Both the position numbers and the translations under genes were made by a program. 64,000 nt of DNA, taken from NCBI GenBank assembly GCA_002269645.1, contig NIVC01000251.1, positions 496,001 through 560,000 on the forward strand. Reading direction: 5' to 3'. This stretch comes from Macrostomum lignano. Taxonomy: Eukaryota. The notes under the pieces were generated by a model, which saw only the letters and a program-made list of their open reading frames with translations, was not told the DNA's origin and searched no databases. Every line of letters begins with the position of its first letter. Position 1 is the stretch's first letter. Below are positions 60,401 through 64,000 of this stretch, piece by piece.

Positions 60401-61643
60401 CTGAGCGCGAGGTAAGCCAGCCAACTCGTATGGGGTAGATATAGAAAAGAGGAAGTGCGCATGCAGTTCAAATCCCACGAGAATTGAACTTTCCTAGAAA
60501 AGTTATTTCCGCATTGCCTTTCATTATTGGCCGAGAGAGAAAAGTTTTCTAAAAAAATTATCGATTTAAAATAGTCGCAAATATACTACTATTTATTTTC
60601 CGGTGTTAAGTAGCTTAAATCTGGTTGGAAAATGAAAAACAAAATAATAATTCAAACTTTTGAAAAAGCGATTAAAATTGCTCCCTATCGATCTGGGAGC
60701 TTCCATTTAATTGGTTGTTTTGATATAATTCAAAGTTTTTTCAATTCTATTTTTAAAAATCAATGTGATATTAACAAAAGAAGTTTTTTGTTTAAAGATC
60801 CTTAGACAAAAGCCTAGCTGGATTATTGACCTGCGGTTGATTTGAGCATTGTAGAAGGCAAAGAAATTTTAATAACTCACCGAGCATTCTCCTGGTATTG
60901 ACACGGGGTGAAGCTCTCTTATTATTTTGGCTGTTATAGTCATCACGTCTTATTCTTTTCTCTGATACCATCTCATCTCATCTTCTCACATCTCTCTTCC
61001 TATTTTGTCTCATCACATCTCTTCTCCCCATAATCACATTTCATATCCTACCATCGCATCTCATCTCATCTCATACCATATCATCTCGACCCATGTTCAA
61101 TATCTAGTTAGCATATCTTATCTTATCACATTCTATCTCATCGCATTCTACGCCCGTATCTCATCGCAATCTATCTCATCTCATTCTATCTTATCTCATT
61201 CCATCGCATCTCATGCTATCTCATCGCATTCCATCTCATCGCATCCCTTCTAATCTCATCTCATCTTGCCTCTTTTCGATCTATCTCTTCTCATCACATG
61301 ACATTTTATCTCATCTCATCTAATCTCATTATAATTCATCTTATCGCATTTTTTTCAATATGGCATGTGTCATCTTCATCATATGTCATCTTACCAAATA
61401 TCATCCTAAGTCTTCTTGTCTCGTCAATTTTCATAAAACTGTACCTCATCTAATCTCATCTCTGCTAATCACATCCCATCTCACTCAGGACTCTCACCAC
61501 CAGACACGCAAGATAAAAGTACATTGTGCCCAGCACTCACCGCTTTGCATGGTGAATATGATGAAGGCGGATGTTAAAATCCAGATCGCGTCAGCCTCAC
61601 CGCTGATGCCTTCATTGTAATGAGAATGCTGCTGCTGCTGCAT
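51498..61643 (-). CDS. amt: Ammonium transporter (Amt family), 551 or 555 aa depending on first exon
   Basis: Exons: 1a 61643-61541 or 1b 60307-60193; 57966-57420; 56487-56416; 56338-56202; 55109-54996; 54479-54358; 52058-51498. All are GT-AG and in phase. Motifs include FTMQSGFGLLESG, FQASFATTATTIVSGAMAER, DIAGAGPVH, WWGWLGFNCGS, IDDPVGVIAVH (twin-His pore). The C-terminus is CSSV. Confidence 0.95.
52186..52592. repeat. 21-bp minisatellite (CCATTACACCAACATTAGCAT) in Amt intron 6
   Basis: About 19 units by direct reading. It is the source of the GVMDANV ORF. Confidence 0.93.
53150..54150. repeat. GA-rich polypurine repeat (GGGTGAGAGGGAGAGAGA-like) in Amt intron 6
   Basis: Direct reading. 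Confidence 0.93.
54580..54910. repeat. 24-bp minisatellite (TTCTGTAGATGAGTCTGTAAATGG and variants) in Amt intron 5
   Basis: Direct reading. Confidence 0.9.
55132..56122. repeat. 21-bp minisatellite (GTATGTTGGTAGATTGGTGTG) in Amt intron 4
   Basis: About 47 units, filling most of the intron. Confidence 0.95.
56504..57399. repeat. 20-bp minisatellite (GTCTAACAGGTGTCAACTGT) in Amt intron 2
   Basis: About 45 units, occupying about 895 of the 932-nt intron. Confidence 0.95.
57996..60087. repeat. 22-bp minisatellite (TCTAACAGGTCTTGATTCTGTA, three subtypes) in Amt intron 1
   Basis: About 95 units in homogeneous blocks: ..CTTGATTCTGTA, TCTAAGAGTTCTCAGATTTGTA and ..CTCAGTTCTGTA. Confidence 0.95.
60193..60307 (-). 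CDS. amt: Amt alternative first coding exon 1b
   Basis: MSARRSDVASRAVAFSPEPQSDAIWILSATFIIFTMQS+G|GTAAGT, with a phase-1 donor. Confidence 0.85.
60965..61330. repeat. Degenerate (ATCTC)n low-complexity tract between Amt exons 1a and 1b
   Basis: Direct reading. Confidence 0.75.
61541..61643 (-). CDS. amt: Amt alternative first coding exon 1a
   Basis: MQQQQHSHYNEGISGEADAIWILTSAFIIFTMQS+G|GTGAGT, with a phase-1 donor. Confidence 0.85.
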
Positions 61644-62024
61644 GCTGATTGCGACTCTCGGAGCAACAAGTCTGTCTGTTTTGCTTTAGTTCGAAATTTT
61701 CTGTTTTATATTTGAGACAAAACTGACCCTACAGGATGCTCAAAGATTTGTGCACCACGACTGTCAGTTCTGATTGGCTCGGGTTTTGCTGTGCCAAAAT
61801 TATTATCTTGATTATTGTAAGCTACACGAATTGCACCATGTCCGGTGTCCAGTCCCGGTGCAGAGTGGCGGTGAATTACACTCGCTGATCCAATTTTATT
61901 AATCAAATTAGGCGTCACAACTAAATAATTCGTTTCTTAAATAAGAGAATTTCATACAGTACACAGATGACCTCACGCTATAGTACACAAGGAATAGTGT
62001 CACACCTGATAGACAAAGTCAATG

Positions 62025-62055
62025 TCTATCTATCTATCTATCTATTTATCTATCC

Positions 62056-62106
<51 letters not shown>

Positions 62107-62153
62107 GATCTATCTATCTGTTTATCTACCTACCTATCTGTCTGTCTATATAT

Positions 62154-62205
<52 letters not shown>
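62025..62205. repeat. (TATC)n microsatellite
   Basis: Direct reading. Confidence 0.95.
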
Positions 62206-62491
62206 ATAGTCTTTTTCGTTTAATCTTTTTTCTAAAAAGTCTTTCATCTAGTCTAGAAATACCATTGTAGAATTGAATTTTACCCAAATAAACGTTGCGA
62301 GTTGGCTTTTGCGCGTTTCATGCCAATGAAGGGACTAAAGTTACAGCATCTGCACTTCATTGCTGCATTCTACTCTCCTTGAAGCGCGATGAGTATAGAT
62401 TGAAAACGCAGTTAAATCTAATTAGCTATATTTCTATGCCTTTTTTCTAAATTCATCCAGTGCTTTGGACTGCAGTTCTTCAGGTTTCCCT

Positions 62492-62765
62492 CCTGTCTAA
62501 CAGGTGTGACATTATCCCCTGTCTAACAGGTGTGACACTATCCCCTGTCTAACAGGTGTGACACTATCCCCTGTCTAACAGGTGTGACACTATCCCCTGT
62601 CTAACAGGTGTGACACTATCTCCTGTCTAACAGGTGTGACACTATCCCCTGTCTAACAGGTGTGACACTATCCCCTGTCTAACAGGTGTGACACTACTCC
62701 TGTCTAACAGGTGTGACACTATCTCCTGTCTAACAGGTGTGACACTATCCCCTGTCTAACAGGTG
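62492..62765. repeat. 26-bp minisatellite (GTCTAACAGGTGTGACACTATCCCCT), about 10 units
   Basis: Direct reading. It shares its core with the 20- and 22-bp arrays. Confidence 0.93.
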
Positions 62766-63589
62766 CTACTCGAGTCTAACAGATTTTGTCATCAATGCAA
62801 CAACGACTAAAATAATACTAATAAAATCTATTCAGTATCTGTCCAAATCTAAGCTATCAAATGCAGCAATATATTCATAGGAGTTATAATTATTCGCCTG
62901 TCCACCTTGGACTTTTTAATTAAGCATCAATTTCATTATTTTGGGGCTACCTTGGTTTCCAAATTGAATACCTCAGTAGATGAAGCTGGGTCGAGGCTGC
63001 ACATTTCCTACTACTGCTGCTGAAGTGGCAAGAGGCAGACAGACCCTGTTTACACTGGCGCTGAAATAGCACCATCTGATAGTGAGCTATATATCGAACG
63101 AACAGTTTATTCTGTTCATTTTCATTTCTCTCTCTCTATTGTCTTGGTCTACCTATCCATGCAGAAGCTTGTTTGTGCTGGGGTAGGCACATACACACGA
63201 CTCTGCAGCCTCCTGCTCACTTCATCTCTGCCTCTCTCCCTCTCTCTCCTATCCATTTAACGATACCAACCTTAGAAGAGAAAGCTCTCCTTTTTAGCGA
63301 AGGTTTTTGCTATTTAAAAAAACGCAAATTTATTATAAGCTGCTAAAAAGCAATATTTAGAACACTGCAGAAGCGGCAAAGCTTGCAGTTCTGAAGACGA
63401 AAAACACAGATAAACATATTAGTTGATTTTTATCTACAAGTTGCCATTTGAAGTTTAGGTCCAAGGATTCATTGTCTGTTACGGAATATGCAAAAGTGAG
63501 TATTAAATTTGATTTTTTCTGCAAATGGGGCAGAAAATGCCAAACACGAAATTGAGATTGGGGTTTCTCGAAAGCTCTCATTTTCTCCA

Positions 63590-64000
63590 TTTTCTCTTCC
63601 CTCCCTCTCTCTCCCTTCCTCTCTCCCTTCTCCGCTCTCCAGCCCTCTCCCTTCCTCTCTCCCTTCCTCTTCCTTCCTCTCTCCCTCCCCTTCTCTCCCT
63701 CTCCCTCTCTCCCTTCCTGTCTCCCTCCCTTCCTCTCTCCCTTCCTCTCTTCCTTCCTCTCTCCCTTCCTCTCTCCCTCCCCTTCTCTCCCTCCCCCTCT
63801 CTCTCTCCCTTCCTCTCTCCCTTCCTCTCTCCCTCCCTCTCTCCCTTCCTCTCTCCCTCCCCTTCTCTCTCTCCCCCTCTCTCCCTCCCCCTCTCTCCCT
63901 TCTTCTCTCTCTTCCTAGCTCTCTCCCTTCGTGTCTCCCTTCCTCTCTCCCTTCGTCTCTCCCTCCCTCTTTCCCTTCCTCTCTCCCTCCCCTTCTCTCT
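63590..64000. repeat. CT-rich polypyrimidine low-complexity tract
   Basis: Direct reading. It runs to the window edge. Confidence 0.93.

Overview
Animal genomic DNA, probably invertebrate. The short GT-AG introns and minisatellite-filled introns recall a flatworm such as Macrostomum, but that is an impression only. I found no prokaryotic features, rRNA, tRNA or CRISPR. Host genes reconstructed by hand from splice sites: (1) three paralogous two-exon genes (881-1352, 3676-4089, 16789-17208, all minus) encoding small secreted precursors, each with a signal peptide, a variable pro-region, a KK site and a 27-29 aa C-terminal peptide sharing the motif S-Y-I-P-[LM]-F-N-F-[IL]-R-x-x-L-R; the ORF track misses this because the conserved peptide sits on exon 2; (2) ARPC2 (4 exons, 305 aa, minus); (3) a head-to-head pair of intronless DEG/ENaC channel genes on the arms of an inverted duplication, with patchy divergence; (4) an ammonium transporter (Amt) gene, minus, with two duplicated alternative first coding exons and introns largely filled by minisatellites, three arrays sharing a TCTAACAGGT core. 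Mobile DNA: an apparently complete 7.1-kb CACTA/EnSpm-type element (TIRs, 2-bp TSD, intact 636-aa transposase, spliced accessory gene) inserted in the peptide cluster; a decayed DIRS/Ngaro-type retrotransposon; a mariner remnant; a Merlin/ISXO2 fragment; P-like and hAT-like MITEs with 8-bp TSDs; and a nested transposon stack and a foldback structure in ARPC2 intron 1. All comparisons were done by eye and no databases were searched.
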